Source: a virus
Direction: 5' to 3' (one strand)
Length of the DNA stretch: 64,000 nt
IMG/VR virus record: IMGVR_UViG_3300048838_000238
Coordinates: 41,997 to 105,996 of that record
The notes beneath the pieces are model-generated. The model was not told where the DNA came from and made no database searches. It saw nothing but the letters and a program-made list of their open reading frames with translations. Shown in pieces: positions 20,889 through 30,650 of this stretch. Both the position numbers and the translations under genes were made by a program. Each line of letters opens with the position of its first letter. Within the stretch, counting starts at the first letter, position 1.

Positions 20889-21254
20889 CTATCGAGTGTC
20901 TTCGGCGCCAGTCTCGTCAGGTCCAGTCACAGCTTCTGCCACCGCTGGCGGCGCGAAGACTTTCGGTAGATCGCGGACCTTCTGGACCGGAACGTCAGCG
21001 ACTGGCTTGATATTCGGCCGCGACTTGGGCTTTCGGTCCTTGAATTTTTGGCCCTTTGGCTTCTCCGGATCGACCGGTTTTGGAATCGGCTCGGTCATGG
21101 CCGTGATCGTCAGATAGATGCCGTCATCGCCGGAAACGTACTCCACGTCCGTGTACGCGGACGGATTCGAGAACGCGCGCCGGATGTTGCGGATAAGCTC
21201 ATCCAGCTTCTCGCGCTTCCGTGGGTCGTCGTGGGCGATTCGGATCTTTTTCAT
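20889..21254 (-). CDS. Hypothetical protein
   Basis: 121-aa ORF in the tail operon. Confidence 0.55.
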   Translation of the reverse strand: MKKIRIAHDDPRKREKLDELIRNIRRAFSNPSAYTDVEYVSGDDGIYLTITAMTEPIPKPVDPEKPKGQKFKDRKPKSRPNIKPVADVPVQKVRDLPKVFAPPAVAEAVTGPDETGAEDTR

Positions 21255-21302
21255 GGCACACTCGGTCTGAGGTTTGAGCGACTAGCAACTAGCCGTTAGC
21301 TA

Positions 21303-22208
21303 TTACACTGTCGCGTCGTTGATGATTTGGATCGCGTTCGGAATCGCGTCGCCGTCCAGCGTCCGCGCCGTGAACACCAGCCGCTGCCGAAGCTCGGTCG
21401 AACTGCCTTCCAAGCCTGGCAACTCGGGAGCGATCTGCAAGCACGGGAACAAGAACGACAAGCTGCGCCCGCCATTCGTGTAGACGATCGAGGCGGCCAC
21501 GCCCGCGAGCGCGATTTCATTCAGGTCGATGTCGTTGGTGGTAAACGGCGAATCGCAAGAGAACGTGATATTACGTCCGCCTTGTGGCAGTTCCGTACGA
21601 GTCGAACTTGTGAAGAACCGCTCGGTATCGAGCATGTTGTCGACCATCACTTCGACGTTGTCGACTGGTCGCGCCGTGCCGTCGATCGTGATGACCGCTT
21701 GATTGTGGATGTACGGCTGCAAGATGCTCAGGTCTAGCGTCGGGAACGTGTCAGCCGATGCCTTGGCTTGCGTCAGCCCCTCCAGTTCCCAGTTGAGCCT
21801 CAATAATTGCCCGGCGCTGGACGTGAACGTCGCCTTGGACGTCCGCATGTCAGTGTGGTTGTAGACCGCGATCTTGCGGTCAACCGTGAGCGGAAAGTAT
21901 TGCGTCAGATACGCCGGATCAAGCGTATTTCCAGAGAACGCACCGCCGAAGATCAACGGCAGAATCGCCGTGAGTTCATCGGGTCGCGGCGCCCACGCCA
22001 TCGCGCCGGATACCTTGTACGGACCTTCCGCCAGAGACTCGCTGCGCTGATCGAGCTGTCCGGCCATCTCGTTGTCGGGGAACACTTGCAGCGGAATCTT
22101 CCGCACGCCGCATTGCTGGAGCGCCAACCGTGTCGTGACCGGGAGAGCCGCGCCGAACACGCCCACGCCGACTTTGAGCATGTGCCCCTTAACGGCCAAG
22201 TTCGTCAT
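21303..22208 (-). CDS. Major tail tube protein
   Basis: 301 aa, beta-rich, upstream of the chaperone pair; no sheath gene nearby. Confidence 0.7.
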   Translation of the reverse strand: MTNLAVKGHMLKVGVGVFGAALPVTTRLALQQCGVRKIPLQVFPDNEMAGQLDQRSESLAEGPYKVSGAMAWAPRPDELTAILPLIFGGAFSGNTLDPAYLTQYFPLTVDRKIAVYNHTDMRTSKATFTSSAGQLLRLNWELEGLTQAKASADTFPTLDLSILQPYIHNQAVITIDGTARPVDNVEVMVDNMLDTERFFTSSTRTELPQGGRNITFSCDSPFTTNDIDLNEIALAGVAASIVYTNGGRSLSFLFPCLQIAPELPGLEGSSTELRQRLVFTARTLDGDAIPNAIQIINDATV

Positions 22209-22273
22209 CTCTTACTCCCTGCAACTCGAAAAACGGTGAATCTTGTAAAACGCTTACGCGGCTGGAAAAACGC

Positions 22274-22654
22274 TTACGCCGGGGTCGGGTCGATCTTGCC
22301 CCAGATGCGCAACCGGACTTCCGGCGTATTGGTGATGTAGAGCGCCGTCCAATCCGTGCCGAAGAAGAAGGCGTCGTACGAATCTTCTGTCCAGACGTAC
22401 GGCTTATTCGCGACCAGCGTGATTGGATCGTCGGGTGTGGTGCCGTCGTTCGGCTCCAGCAAGCAGGCCGCGCTCGCCACCAGAACGAACGACTTCACCT
22501 CCGACACGTCGAGTGTTGCCCCGATGATCTTGTTTGTCTGATTGACAGGGATCGTCTCGTCGAGCAACAGTGTTAGGCCGCCCGTGTAGTCCTCTGTGAA
22601 CTCCACCTTGACGCCATCTTCCGGCGTAATTGAGTACCCGATCTTGTGCGACAT
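22274..22654 (-). CDS. Hypothetical structural protein
   Basis: 126 aa, AAGGA RBS, palindrome at 22714..22732 upstream. Confidence 0.55.
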   Translation of the reverse strand: MSHKIGYSITPEDGVKVEFTEDYTGGLTLLLDETIPVNQTNKIIGATLDVSEVKSFVLVASAACLLEPNDGTTPDDPITLVANKPYVWTEDSYDAFFFGTDWTALYITNTPEVRLRIWGKIDPTPA

Positions 22655-22754
22655 GCGGTGGCTTCCTTGCCGTGCTTAGATTTACTTCCGTGTGCGACTA
22701 GCGCCAGCCCTGAATATATCAGACCGATATAGGCGGCGATCTAATTATCTCCGG

Positions 22755-23471
22755 CTAGAAGATGCCGCGCGGCATTTGGGCCTGAAACCGCAGCATGATC
22801 GTCGAAATATCAAACAGCTCCGAGAAACCGGACGGAATAACCGGCGGACCTGGATCGACGAAGATATCAATGACCTCGGGCACGCCCGCAAACGGCGCGT
22901 TTTCCGAGAGAGCTTGCGTAATCTGTTGCCGCCAGCCAAGTTCGCCGCGCAGATTCAGCGTCTGATCTGCATCGCTGGCGCGAAGTAAGGAGAGTTGAAC
23001 TCCGTAGTTGATCTCATCCCGCTCGTTATCCAAAGAGTCCCGTGTCTCGCGGATCGGCGTCACGAAGATGGCTAGCGATAAGTCGCGCCGATTCCACGGC
23101 AGTTTCTGCATGATGATATTGGCGGACGGAACATCCGTGAGGCTCATCGCTTGCAGAAATTCAACCACCGCTTCGCAGCAGCGGTAATGAATCGGGTCCA
23201 CTCCGCTTGAAGCGCGGAAGCCGGTGAAGATTACTGAGATGTCAGCGCCTAACTTGCTGACCAGAACTGCGCAGTACAAGCCATTGTCCACATCCAGCGC
23301 GACAGTGCCGTCGCCAGTCCGATTCCCGGAACTGGACCCATCCGCAGGAACGAGCCCGGAACTCCATGGCGCGGTGTAGATTGTGTTCGTTGAAGCCGGA
23401 TCGCTGCCGCTGATCGTCGCTGTCGCGCCCGTCCCGGCTAGGTTATCGGCGATTGAAATAGCAAGAGGCAT
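22755..23471 (-). CDS. Putative tail terminator/completion protein
   Basis: Position between virion morphogenesis and tail tube genes. Confidence 0.5.
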   Translation of the reverse strand: MPLAISIADNLAGTGATATISGSDPASTNTIYTAPWSSGLVPADGSSSGNRTGDGTVALDVDNGLYCAVLVSKLGADISVIFTGFRASSGVDPIHYRCCEAVVEFLQAMSLTDVPSANIIMQKLPWNRRDLSLAIFVTPIRETRDSLDNERDEINYGVQLSLLRASDADQTLNLRGELGWRQQITQALSENAPFAGVPEVIDIFVDPGPPVIPSGFSELFDISTIMLRFQAQMPRGIF

Positions 23472-23494
23472 CGCGGCTCACTTCACTGGTTCAG

Positions 23495-23929
23495 TTACTG
23501 TCCGAAGGCGTTTTCGATGGCTGCGGACTTCAGTATCTCACCGCACTCTTCCACGATAGCCTCGGTGGCGTAGATGTAGGTGCGAGGCGGGATTGGTCCG
23601 CGACCGTATTGCTGTGTCGCGGCATACGGGATCTCGCCGCCGTTCACCCCTAGCGATGCTTCGCGATCGGCGGTGACAGCGATATTCCCCATCGCGCCAA
23701 GCTGAGTCGTGGCATTCAGCATGTCCTCTGAAAGTCGCAAGAGCGGATGCGGTAGGTTGTCCTTGCGTTGCGGCCACGGTGACCCGTCTGGGTACGACGC
23801 ACTCATGAAGTTGTCGTAGAAGCCTCGCCGCAGAACTTCACCGGCCTGCCCTAGCGGTTCTTGGAATGATCCTGATTCGAAGTAGGCATCGGCGTCGTCC
23901 AGAAGCTCAACGAATTCTTCCGGGCTCAT
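23495..23929 (-). CDS. Phage virion morphogenesis protein (Mu gpG/P2 gpS-like)
   Basis: PDGSPW, PYAATQQYG and IPPRTYI motifs. Confidence 0.75.
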   Translation of the reverse strand: MSPEEFVELLDDADAYFESGSFQEPLGQAGEVLRRGFYDNFMSASYPDGSPWPQRKDNLPHPLLRLSEDMLNATTQLGAMGNIAVTADREASLGVNGGEIPYAATQQYGRGPIPPRTYIYATEAIVEECGEILKSAAIENAFGQ

Positions 23930-24147
23930 GAGTCATTCCGAACTTGAATGAGGGAGTAAATCACGACGATGAGTGACAGCGGGCCAAGGATCAGGAATGA
24001 AAACGCGATCAGCGCCGACTCAGCCCAATACTTTTGAATTTGCCGGAATACGTCGGAGGTTCCGTCCGAAATCATGCAAGCGATCATTAGGACGATCGAG
24101 GCGAGCAGGCCACACGCGAGCCACGCAGCGAACAGGATAAGGATCAT
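23926..24147 (-). CDS. Small two-TM membrane protein
   Basis: 73 aa with two hydrophobic segments. Confidence 0.55.
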   Translation of the reverse strand: MILILFAAWLACGLLASIVLMIACMISDGTSDVFRQIQKYWAESALIAFSFLILGPLSLIVVIYSLIQVRNDS

Positions 24148-24151
24148 ATGC

Positions 24152-24529
24152 TCACGCTTTCAATTGGACCTGAATGATCTCTGTCGCGCCGGCGGCTTGA
24201 TTGCTCAAGATGCCGATCTCGTGCGCACCAGCGAGCGCCGCTGGAATTGGATACGACTTACCGGCCGATACTGTGCGAGTGACCGCGACCGGAGGTTCCG
24301 CATCCGTGTACGCTGGCGCGAGCAATCCGCCCTCCCACGAAGACGAGTAAAACGTCAATAGCGTCCCAAGGAATCCGGCCGGAAGCGTGATATTGCCGAC
24401 ATCGAATCCCTTAAAAACAAACTTCCCGGTGGTTGCCGCATCATTGGAGAGCGGCAGCTTAAACTGACGCGACGCTCCACTCCTGGAGATAAAAGCACTC
24501 TTTTCGTCAGTTGGGACGGCGTTGGCCAT
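24152..24529 (-). CDS. Hypothetical structural protein
   Basis: MANAVPTDEK..., start reassigned downstream of the 24535 stop. Confidence 0.55.
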   Translation of the reverse strand: MANAVPTDEKSAFISRSGASRQFKLPLSNDAATTGKFVFKGFDVGNITLPAGFLGTLLTFYSSSWEGGLLAPAYTDAEPPVAVTRTVSAGKSYPIPAALAGAHEIGILSNQAAGATEIIQVQLKA

Positions 24530-24534
24530 TGCGG

Positions 24535-24750
24535 TTACTTTCTCTTGGACCAGTTTGTAAAAAACATCGCGAAGTACAGTGTCACGACTCCGCCAAATAC
24601 CGACACGGCGAAAAACGGCAGCGTGAACCACCACTCCTTAACCGAGTGGCGGATCGTGTTTGTCAGTCCGTCTGCGATGACTGTGCTGCCTGCGAATACA
24701 CACCAGCCAACGAAGCCCGCCAAGAACCAACTCAGGATGATCTCAAGCAT
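24535..24750 (-). CDS. Small two-TM membrane protein (holin-like candidate)
   Basis: 71 aa, two hydrophobic helices, basic C-terminus WSKRK. Confidence 0.5.
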   Translation of the reverse strand: MLEIILSWFLAGFVGWCVFAGSTVIADGLTNTIRHSVKEWWFTLPFFAVSVFGGVVTLYFAMFFTNWSKRK

Positions 24751-25310
24751 TACGCGCCCTCAGAAAAATCAGGGCAGCATCCTGCCTCATCACCTTGATT
24801 TCCACTAGCCGAACCGCGACTTCCGAATGTCACGCACCAGTAGATTGCGCCGTTCGATCCAGTTGCGTAGCCGACTCCTATTTCGTGATACGCGGTGTTT
24901 TTGATGTTACGTCGATGACCGGTGGAGTTCATCCAAACACGCATGACATGCTCGGGAGACTTCTGCCCGTACGCGACGTTTTCGCCGTAGGTATTCCAGT
25001 CGTACCCTGCCAGTTTGATCCTCGCGCCGGGACTACTGAATCCTTCCCCGCGATGCGACATTGTTCGCTTCGATGCCATCCAGTCGGCGTGCTTCTGCGC
25101 GGCCTTCGTCAACAGAGCATTAAGAGCAAGAGGCGATGTTGGATCGCGGTTGGCGTTGTGGATTCTCAGTATCTCGGCAACGTACGGCGGCGCTGTTGGC
25201 GTCGTTGGATATGGCAGAATCGACGGTTTAGGAGGAACCGGCTTAGCTGGCTGCGCGGGCCTCCACCACGGTGAAATAAGTTCCAAAAACAGTGCAATTA
25301 GATTTGTCAT
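24750..25310 (-). CDS. CAP (SCP/YkwD-like) domain protein
   Basis: HNANR...AAQKHADWM...MSH...GENVAYGQ...WMNSTGHRRNI...IGVG. Confidence 0.85.
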   Translation of the reverse strand: MTNLIALFLELISPWWRPAQPAKPVPPKPSILPYPTTPTAPPYVAEILRIHNANRDPTSPLALNALLTKAAQKHADWMASKRTMSHRGEGFSSPGARIKLAGYDWNTYGENVAYGQKSPEHVMRVWMNSTGHRRNIKNTAYHEIGVGYATGSNGAIYWCVTFGSRGSASGNQGDEAGCCPDFSEGA

Positions 25311-25552
25311 CAGAACACCCTGCCTGTTATCGCCGCGAAGACTTCCACAGCATTCAAGACCAAGAATAAAGACGCTTGCCACTTCTCCCGAGAGTACAGC
25401 CACGCGCCCGCCAAGCCACCGACGTACAAGTGTGCCACGTCCTTGTAGACGTCCAGCCAGATACTGTCAGGCTCGACTAAGTCGCCGATCATCAACCGGA
25501 CAATCGCCAAGGCAATGCCGAACGCGATTACTGAGTCACGAGTACCTGTCAT
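25310..25552 (-). CDS. Small membrane protein
   Basis: 80 aa with up to three hydrophobic segments. Confidence 0.5.
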   Translation of the reverse strand: MTGTRDSVIAFGIALAIVRLMIGDLVEPDSIWLDVYKDVAHLYVGGLAGAWLYSREKWQASLFLVLNAVEVFAAITGRVF

Positions 25553-26013
25553 GGCTTAAGACTCGCGATGCCGCCGCTAACAATCACCGTCACGGGAACA
25601 TTGATCCCACGCACTCCCATCGGGGAAGTCGCCTGGATCGGCCCGCTCGGAATTTCAAACACGACGCTGTAGCCAGATTGTTTGCCGGGATACTCGCCGT
25701 CCTCAAGGTGCGTCGGCTTGAGAAACGTCAATTGAATCCGCGACGTTTCGTGGCAGGTTTTTGCCGCCTGCGTTTTTGTTCCCAACTCGAACGTGCGACC
25801 GTTCGGACACACCACGATCGTCTTGACGACTTGCCGAACTTGCACGTCTCCGTGATCCTCGGCGCTCACGATCTGCCGGCGGCAATTAGGGCACTCCGCG
25901 CCCTCGGAAATCTCGCCAGACAGACACTTCCCGTCGCGGTAGCAGCGATAGAACTTATTGCCGTCCAGCGTGAAGAACTCACCAGTGCAAATCGTTCCGT
26001 GTGAGATTGCCAT
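25549..26013 (-). CDS. Hypothetical Cys-containing protein
   Basis: 154 aa, AAGGA RBS, ATGA coupling. Confidence 0.5.
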   Translation of the reverse strand: MAISHGTICTGEFFTLDGNKFYRCYRDGKCLSGEISEGAECPNCRRQIVSAEDHGDVQVRQVVKTIVVCPNGRTFELGTKTQAAKTCHETSRIQLTFLKPTHLEDGEYPGKQSGYSVVFEIPSGPIQATSPMGVRGINVPVTVIVSGGIASLKP

Positions 26014-26051
26014 CGATCCATCCTTGGAGTCGGCGACCAGTCGCCAGAGTC

Positions 26052-26390
26052 TTAGAGTCGGCCACGCTTACATTGGCAGTGCCATTGCGTGTCCCATAAC
26101 TCCAGCGTAGCGGATACGATCAGCCAACTTTCGCCGTCGACTGCGAATCGCTCATCGCGCAACGGCTCGTGATCGCCCAGGAACTCCGCCCACAGCACCC
26201 ACGTCGCGTTAGTCGACTTCACCGACACGTTCTCGCCGACTTCGCTCCGGGCGCGCGCCGGCAATTCCTTTTTGGCTTTCACGCCCGTGATAGTGGACCC
26301 ATCCGCCTTGGTGTAAGTAACGGCCACGACGCCGTCGTGATACTGCCAATCGTTCTTATACAGTTCGTAGGCGGCGGATCTTGTGGTCAT
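26052..26390 (-). CDS. Putative head-tail joining (head closure) protein
   Basis: 112 aa, beta-rich, neck position. Confidence 0.5.
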   Translation of the reverse strand: MTTRSAAYELYKNDWQYHDGVVAVTYTKADGSTITGVKAKKELPARARSEVGENVSVKSTNATWVLWAEFLGDHEPLRDERFAVDGESWLIVSATLELWDTQWHCQCKRGRL

Positions 26391-26421
26391 CGGTCACTTT
26401 TCCCAAACAGGAAACTACTCG

Positions 26422-26766
26422 TTAACAGGAAATCAACCGGCCGTCTCGGCACCAGCCGTGCCACATCCCGACCCAATGCAGACTCGGTGATAGCGTCGGC
26501 TTCTCCTGGGTGCCGCTCAGTGTCCATTTTGCGCCACACGGATTCCGTCGATCGACCGTCCATTCGCAGACGATGCCGTTCTGCGGCAAGTCGGTGTCGC
26601 CCCAATTGACCGGCATCACGATAAAAACGCTGGCCACATCTTCCGGGAACTGATGCTGCGTGTCCGGCTTCCACGAGTACCAAATCCCTCCTTTGCCGTG
26701 CTGCCGCGCGTCGCCGCTGCATCCGAACACCACAGCATCCACGGACTCGGTAGAGACTTCGCTCAA
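26422..26766 (-). CDS. DUF6527-like protein
   Basis: WTLSGTQEKPTLSPSL...WHGWCRDG motif. Confidence 0.6.
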   Translation of the reverse strand: MSEVSTESVDAVVFGCSGDARQHGKGGIWYSWKPDTQHQFPEDVASVFIVMPVNWGDTDLPQNGIVCEWTVDRRNPCGAKWTLSGTQEKPTLSPSLHWVGMWHGWCRDGRLISC

Positions 26767-27023
26767 GAATCAACCTCCCAAGGGCCGTCTGCTCGCGCCA
26801 CTTCGTCGTCAATCTGCTTTTCGATCGCTGACAGCGCGTCAAGGAGTGACATGCGGTAGCCGACGTGGTCGATGGTATGACCAGATCCAGATGCGTTCGG
26901 CTTCAGCGGAGCCTCTTGTAACGCCGTGAGAATCCGCGTTCTCTCTGCGCGAAGCCGCGACAGAGTGGTTCCGGTACTGACACTTGAGACGGGTGTCCCG
27001 TCGTTGATTGTTTGGTCGCTCAT
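26763..27023 (-). CDS. Putative head-tail adaptor (gpW-like)
   Basis: 86 aa helix-hairpin-helix-like pattern after the capsid genes. Confidence 0.45.
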   Translation of the reverse strand: MSDQTINDGTPVSSVSTGTTLSRLRAERTRILTALQEAPLKPNASGSGHTIDHVGYRMSLLDALSAIEKQIDDEVARADGPWEVDS

Positions 27024-27035
27024 GTCACCGCGCCC

Positions 27036-28175
27036 TTATGCCACCGTCATTACAGTTGGGTTCGTGAAGTCGTGGCTCGTGCTATTTCGCCACAGGTAAT
27101 ACGTTCCGGCATTCAGCATGAACGTGACGTGTCCGAACTCGTCAGTGTAAAGAGTCCCTGCAATGACGTTCGTGCCGGCCGAGTCCGTCGACACCCAGCA
27201 GCCCACGTCACCTATCGGGTCGCCTTCGCTATCGTTTACGGTGATCTGCCAAGGCGTTCCGCCGGGACCGGCCGCACCAGCTAGTAGATCGACAGCCTCC
27301 TGCATGGCTGCGATGTCGGCGATGATTTCATCTTGTTTGGCTTCAGTTGCGTCGCCAGCGTCACTGCCTGGCCCGGCCGCCAGCGCCGCCGCCGTGAAGT
27401 CGTACACCAAGCCGTTGACAATAATCATCGTGGAGAACTGCGCGGCCATCGTGACGACGTTTGCTAGATTGGGAACAGTTACTTGGCGCGTGCTTGTTGC
27501 CACGTCGATCCTCGCCAATTCGGTGGCTAGTTCGGTGCGGACGTCCGCTGGAGAATGCGTGCTGAGTCCAGAAACGTCGGCCGTCAGCCAGTTGCCCTGG
27601 TTGGTCTGCAACTCGTTAGTGTCCGCCAAGATCGCGGCAATCTCGGTATCCAAATAGCCAGCGACCGCAGCGAGATTTGCCGCCGTTGCAAGGCCAGACT
27701 GGATTTCGGTCACAGCGTCCGCAGCCAGCCCGGCGGCTGTCAGCCAGTTCGCGGGAACCGTCGGAAGGTTCGCGAGGTTCGTGGTCGTGCCTACCGAAGT
27801 CACATTGGCTACAGTATCCGTTGCTGGATCGCTGATTAAAACAAGCTCACCTGTGTCGAGTCGCTTCCAAAAGATTCGGACGGGCGAGTTCCCGGTTTGA
27901 TACTCCTTAATACGTGAGTTGCCGGTTTCCTGATAGTGGATATTGAAGGAGTTCACACCGTCGGCGTAGACGCGACTACGAGTCGTCTGTAGTTGGACGC
28001 GGCCAGGGCGTGCGGTTGTGTCGCGGTCCTTCGACTCTCCATCTTCCCAATACGCAGCCTCCACGTATCGACGTCTACCACGTTCATCATCGCGGATCTC
28101 ATCAACGAGAACTTCGCGCACTCCAAGTTCATGGAATCGCGGTTCTACGGCCAAGTCTGATGAAAGCCTGCTCAT
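27036..28175 (-). CDS. Putative virion fibre/structural protein
   Basis: 379 aa, Ala/Thr-rich stalk and beta-rich C-terminus. Confidence 0.5.
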   Translation of the reverse strand: MSRLSSDLAVEPRFHELGVREVLVDEIRDDERGRRRYVEAAYWEDGESKDRDTTARPGRVQLQTTRSRVYADGVNSFNIHYQETGNSRIKEYQTGNSPVRIFWKRLDTGELVLISDPATDTVANVTSVGTTTNLANLPTVPANWLTAAGLAADAVTEIQSGLATAANLAAVAGYLDTEIAAILADTNELQTNQGNWLTADVSGLSTHSPADVRTELATELARIDVATSTRQVTVPNLANVVTMAAQFSTMIIVNGLVYDFTAAALAAGPGSDAGDATEAKQDEIIADIAAMQEAVDLLAGAAGPGGTPWQITVNDSEGDPIGDVGCWVSTDSAGTNVIAGTLYTDEFGHVTFMLNAGTYYLWRNSTSHDFTNPTVMTVA

Positions 28176-28196
28176 GATGTTGCCATGCGTCTAAAA

Positions 28197-28233
28197 CAAA
28201 AGCCGCGACCGCCTGCAACAGACGGCGCGGCTT
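28197..28233 (-). terminator. Putative intrinsic terminator
   Basis: AAGCCGCG...CGCGGCTT inverted repeat followed by a U-tract on the minus strand, after 28273..28884. Confidence 0.45.
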
Positions 28234-28272
28234 GCGCGTAACTCGTTTTTCGTGATTAGTCCGTTGCGAGTC

Positions 28273-28884
28273 TTAGGCGGCCAAGGCGCGGACGTACTTG
28301 AGAACTTCCTTCTGGACTACCGGCAACTCGGATTCATCGATCGGAGTTACCCTGATACTCTTTGCCGGATCGATCACCGTGATGATCCCCATGTGTGTCT
28401 CGTATCGGCCCCGTGCTGTGAAGGCGTTGATCGCGCCAACCAATCGCATCGATCGCGGTTCGCCGGGGATCTCGACACGGAACTTCAAATCGCCATCTTG
28501 CAACGACAACTCGGAATCCCTCAGAAGTTCGCTGTACTCGCGATTCCGCTGTTCGGCGCGTTCCTGTGCCAACCGGCGCTTCGTCATCCGCATCTCGCGA
28601 TCGTCGTCGTACATAGCTCGCCGGACGTCGTCGATGCCCATTCGCTCGATTGGGCGGCCACCGCCGGCCAATGCCAACTTCCGCACCATCGCAGTCAACT
28701 CGGCGACCTGATCTCGCAACGCAGTGACTTCGTCGACGTGAGTGGCTGGCGGAGACGGCTCTTGCGGACCTGACTCATTGCGGACCATCGTTTCGGTGGC
28801 ACCGGCTGCCGCTTGACTCGATTGATTGCCTGGCTGCCGTGACTGATTGCCTTGCGGCCGATTGCTGCTTTGTGGGTTGGCCAT
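28273..28884 (-). CDS. Hypothetical protein downstream of the major capsid gene
   Basis: 203 aa, GGAG RBS. Confidence 0.6.
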   Translation of the reverse strand: MANPQSSNRPQGNQSRQPGNQSSQAAAGATETMVRNESGPQEPSPPATHVDEVTALRDQVAELTAMVRKLALAGGGRPIERMGIDDVRRAMYDDDREMRMTKRRLAQERAEQRNREYSELLRDSELSLQDGDLKFRVEIPGEPRSMRLVGAINAFTARGRYETHMGIITVIDPAKSIRVTPIDESELPVVQKEVLKYVRALAA

Positions 28885-28975
28885 GACTTAGGAAACTCCA
28901 GAGTGGAAAGAAAAATCAGCGGCGGCGCGGGTGGCGTGAACCAGTCCGCGCCGCCTATCGGGTTGTTGTTCAGGC

Positions 28976-30250
28976 TTAGTTGGTGCTGCGAACGACCCCA
29001 CGAGGATCTTTCACGGAGTATGCGTGCATCTGATCGACGAACAGAGCCAGCAGAATCTTGTGATTCAGCATGGTGTAGTCGTTCGGGGCAGCACGTTGAA
29101 CCGTGAACGGCCAGTTCTCGACTCGGCTGAACGCCTTGCGAGTGTTGATCGCCCACCAGTATGCGAGAGCGTTGGTCGTCGACACGGCCAATCCTCGATC
29201 CGCCACCGCGTCCGTCAGGATTTGATCCATGATCGGAGACGACAGAATCTCCTTGTTGGTGATGCTGGTGTTCGCACCGCGTCGGATCGCCGTGCTGGAC
29301 TGAGTTCGCGTTTCGATCTCCGAAGCGCCCTTGATCTGAGCCGCAGTCTCGTGCTTGTCGTTATGCACAAGCATCACGTCCCAGTCGGTCGCGATCCGCT
29401 CGCCGGTTTCCTGGTCGGTCATGCGGGAGAACAGCAAGTTCGTCGCATTGACGTCCTCCCAGTCGGTCAGCGGGTTGGAGTGGGTATTCACCCAGAACCC
29501 GCCCGAGGCGACGTAAGTTTGGTAGGCCACCCCGCCGTAGTTGTACGGGTTGTCAACGCCTGCGATCAGACGCAGTCCGTCCTTCTCCTTGCGGAGACCC
29601 ATGACTTCGCCGATCTTGTTGGCGTGAGCCAGCACTTGTCCGGTCTGGTCGAACTGGACCGTCTCGAACGTCACCTCCATGCGGAGGCCGTCTTGGTAGG
29701 TTTCGGGAGTCAGCGTGTAGCGTTCGGTGAACTGCATCGCGGCATGTTCTTCACCGGGATTGCGCCGCACGGCCTGATCGCCCAATCCGCCGAGACCCAT
29801 GTACTTCTTCTGCCGCACGTTCGGAGTCGGATCAACCGGGATCAACCGATCAGTGATGAAGTCCGGCCGCTCGTAGTCTTGGAGCAACGCCGCGTCCAAG
29901 AGTCCGCTAACGGACCCCAGGAAGGCCGATACGTTCGGCAAGTCCGAAGGCAGCACGGCTTCCGCCCCACCGGCTTCGTAGACTTGATAGGAGTTCGCGG
30001 TCGAGCGCGACAAACCTTCAGCCCATTGCGGGCCGATGAACGTATCGGCCAAGCCCCGGATGGAGAAGTCTTGCGGCCGCATGTAGTTCGGCCCGGTTTC
30101 CAACACGGCCATGCCGTGCTTGTTGACCTTGATACCGAGGTCTTCATGGAACTTCCGCAAGAAGGCATTCGTGCCTGCGATCCGTTCGCCTTGACTGGCG
30201 TGCGAAGGCGCGAATTGCTCAAGCACGTTACGGAGGGCTTTGTAGTCCAT
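28976..30250 (-). CDS. Major capsid protein
   Basis: 424 aa, AAGGAG RBS, follows protease/scaffold and decoration genes, GC hairpin downstream. Confidence 0.75.
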   Translation of the reverse strand: MDYKALRNVLEQFAPSHASQGERIAGTNAFLRKFHEDLGIKVNKHGMAVLETGPNYMRPQDFSIRGLADTFIGPQWAEGLSRSTANSYQVYEAGGAEAVLPSDLPNVSAFLGSVSGLLDAALLQDYERPDFITDRLIPVDPTPNVRQKKYMGLGGLGDQAVRRNPGEEHAAMQFTERYTLTPETYQDGLRMEVTFETVQFDQTGQVLAHANKIGEVMGLRKEKDGLRLIAGVDNPYNYGGVAYQTYVASGGFWVNTHSNPLTDWEDVNATNLLFSRMTDQETGERIATDWDVMLVHNDKHETAAQIKGASEIETRTQSSTAIRRGANTSITNKEILSSPIMDQILTDAVADRGLAVSTTNALAYWWAINTRKAFSRVENWPFTVQRAAPNDYTMLNHKILLALFVDQMHAYSVKDPRGVVRSTN

Positions 30251-30393
30251 CTCTCGAAACTCCTTTTTCGGGGTCGTGACTTCGTGTCACAATGTCTTCT
30301 TGGTGAAGCGTGTTTTTGTGAAAGTCTGGGTTAAAAAGTCCGTGTGGCTTAGGACCGAAATCCACTACCACACAGACCGCTAGAGGGTGCTAG

Positions 30394-30579
30394 TCAGGCC
30401 GTCTCGTCTGCGTCGTCTGCCGATCCCACGAGACAGCTAGTCGCTTTGTCGAGGCTGTCTTTCAGGCTGGCGTTTTCCGTTTGGAGTCTCGCGATCACTT
30501 TCCGCAGAGCCACGATTTCCAACCGTGCGTCCGCATAGGCGATCTTGATTTCGTCGATGCTCAATCCGATCTGATCCAT
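30394..30579 (-). CDS. Small coiled-coil protein
   Basis: MDQIGLSIDEIK..., palindrome at 30601..30619 upstream. Confidence 0.5.
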   Translation of the reverse strand: MDQIGLSIDEIKIAYADARLEIVALRKVIARLQTENASLKDSLDKATSCLVGSADDADETA

Positions 30580-30600
30580 CTTTCCCTCTAGCAAGTCTGG

Positions 30601-30619
30601 CTATATCGACGTGATATAG
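30601..30619. promoter_or_regulatory. Palindromic operator-like site (perfect copy)
   Basis: CTATATC GACGT GATATAG. Confidence 0.7.
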
Positions 30620-30650
30620 TCGCTGTCGCGTAATATGGTATAATCCTGGC

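Noticed and set aside
29024-30334. 436-aa plus-strand ORF and similar long antisense ORFs (15563..16507, 25015..26004, 31418..32290)
   Set aside because: Antisense to well-supported genes; expected in GC-rich DNA and without motifs
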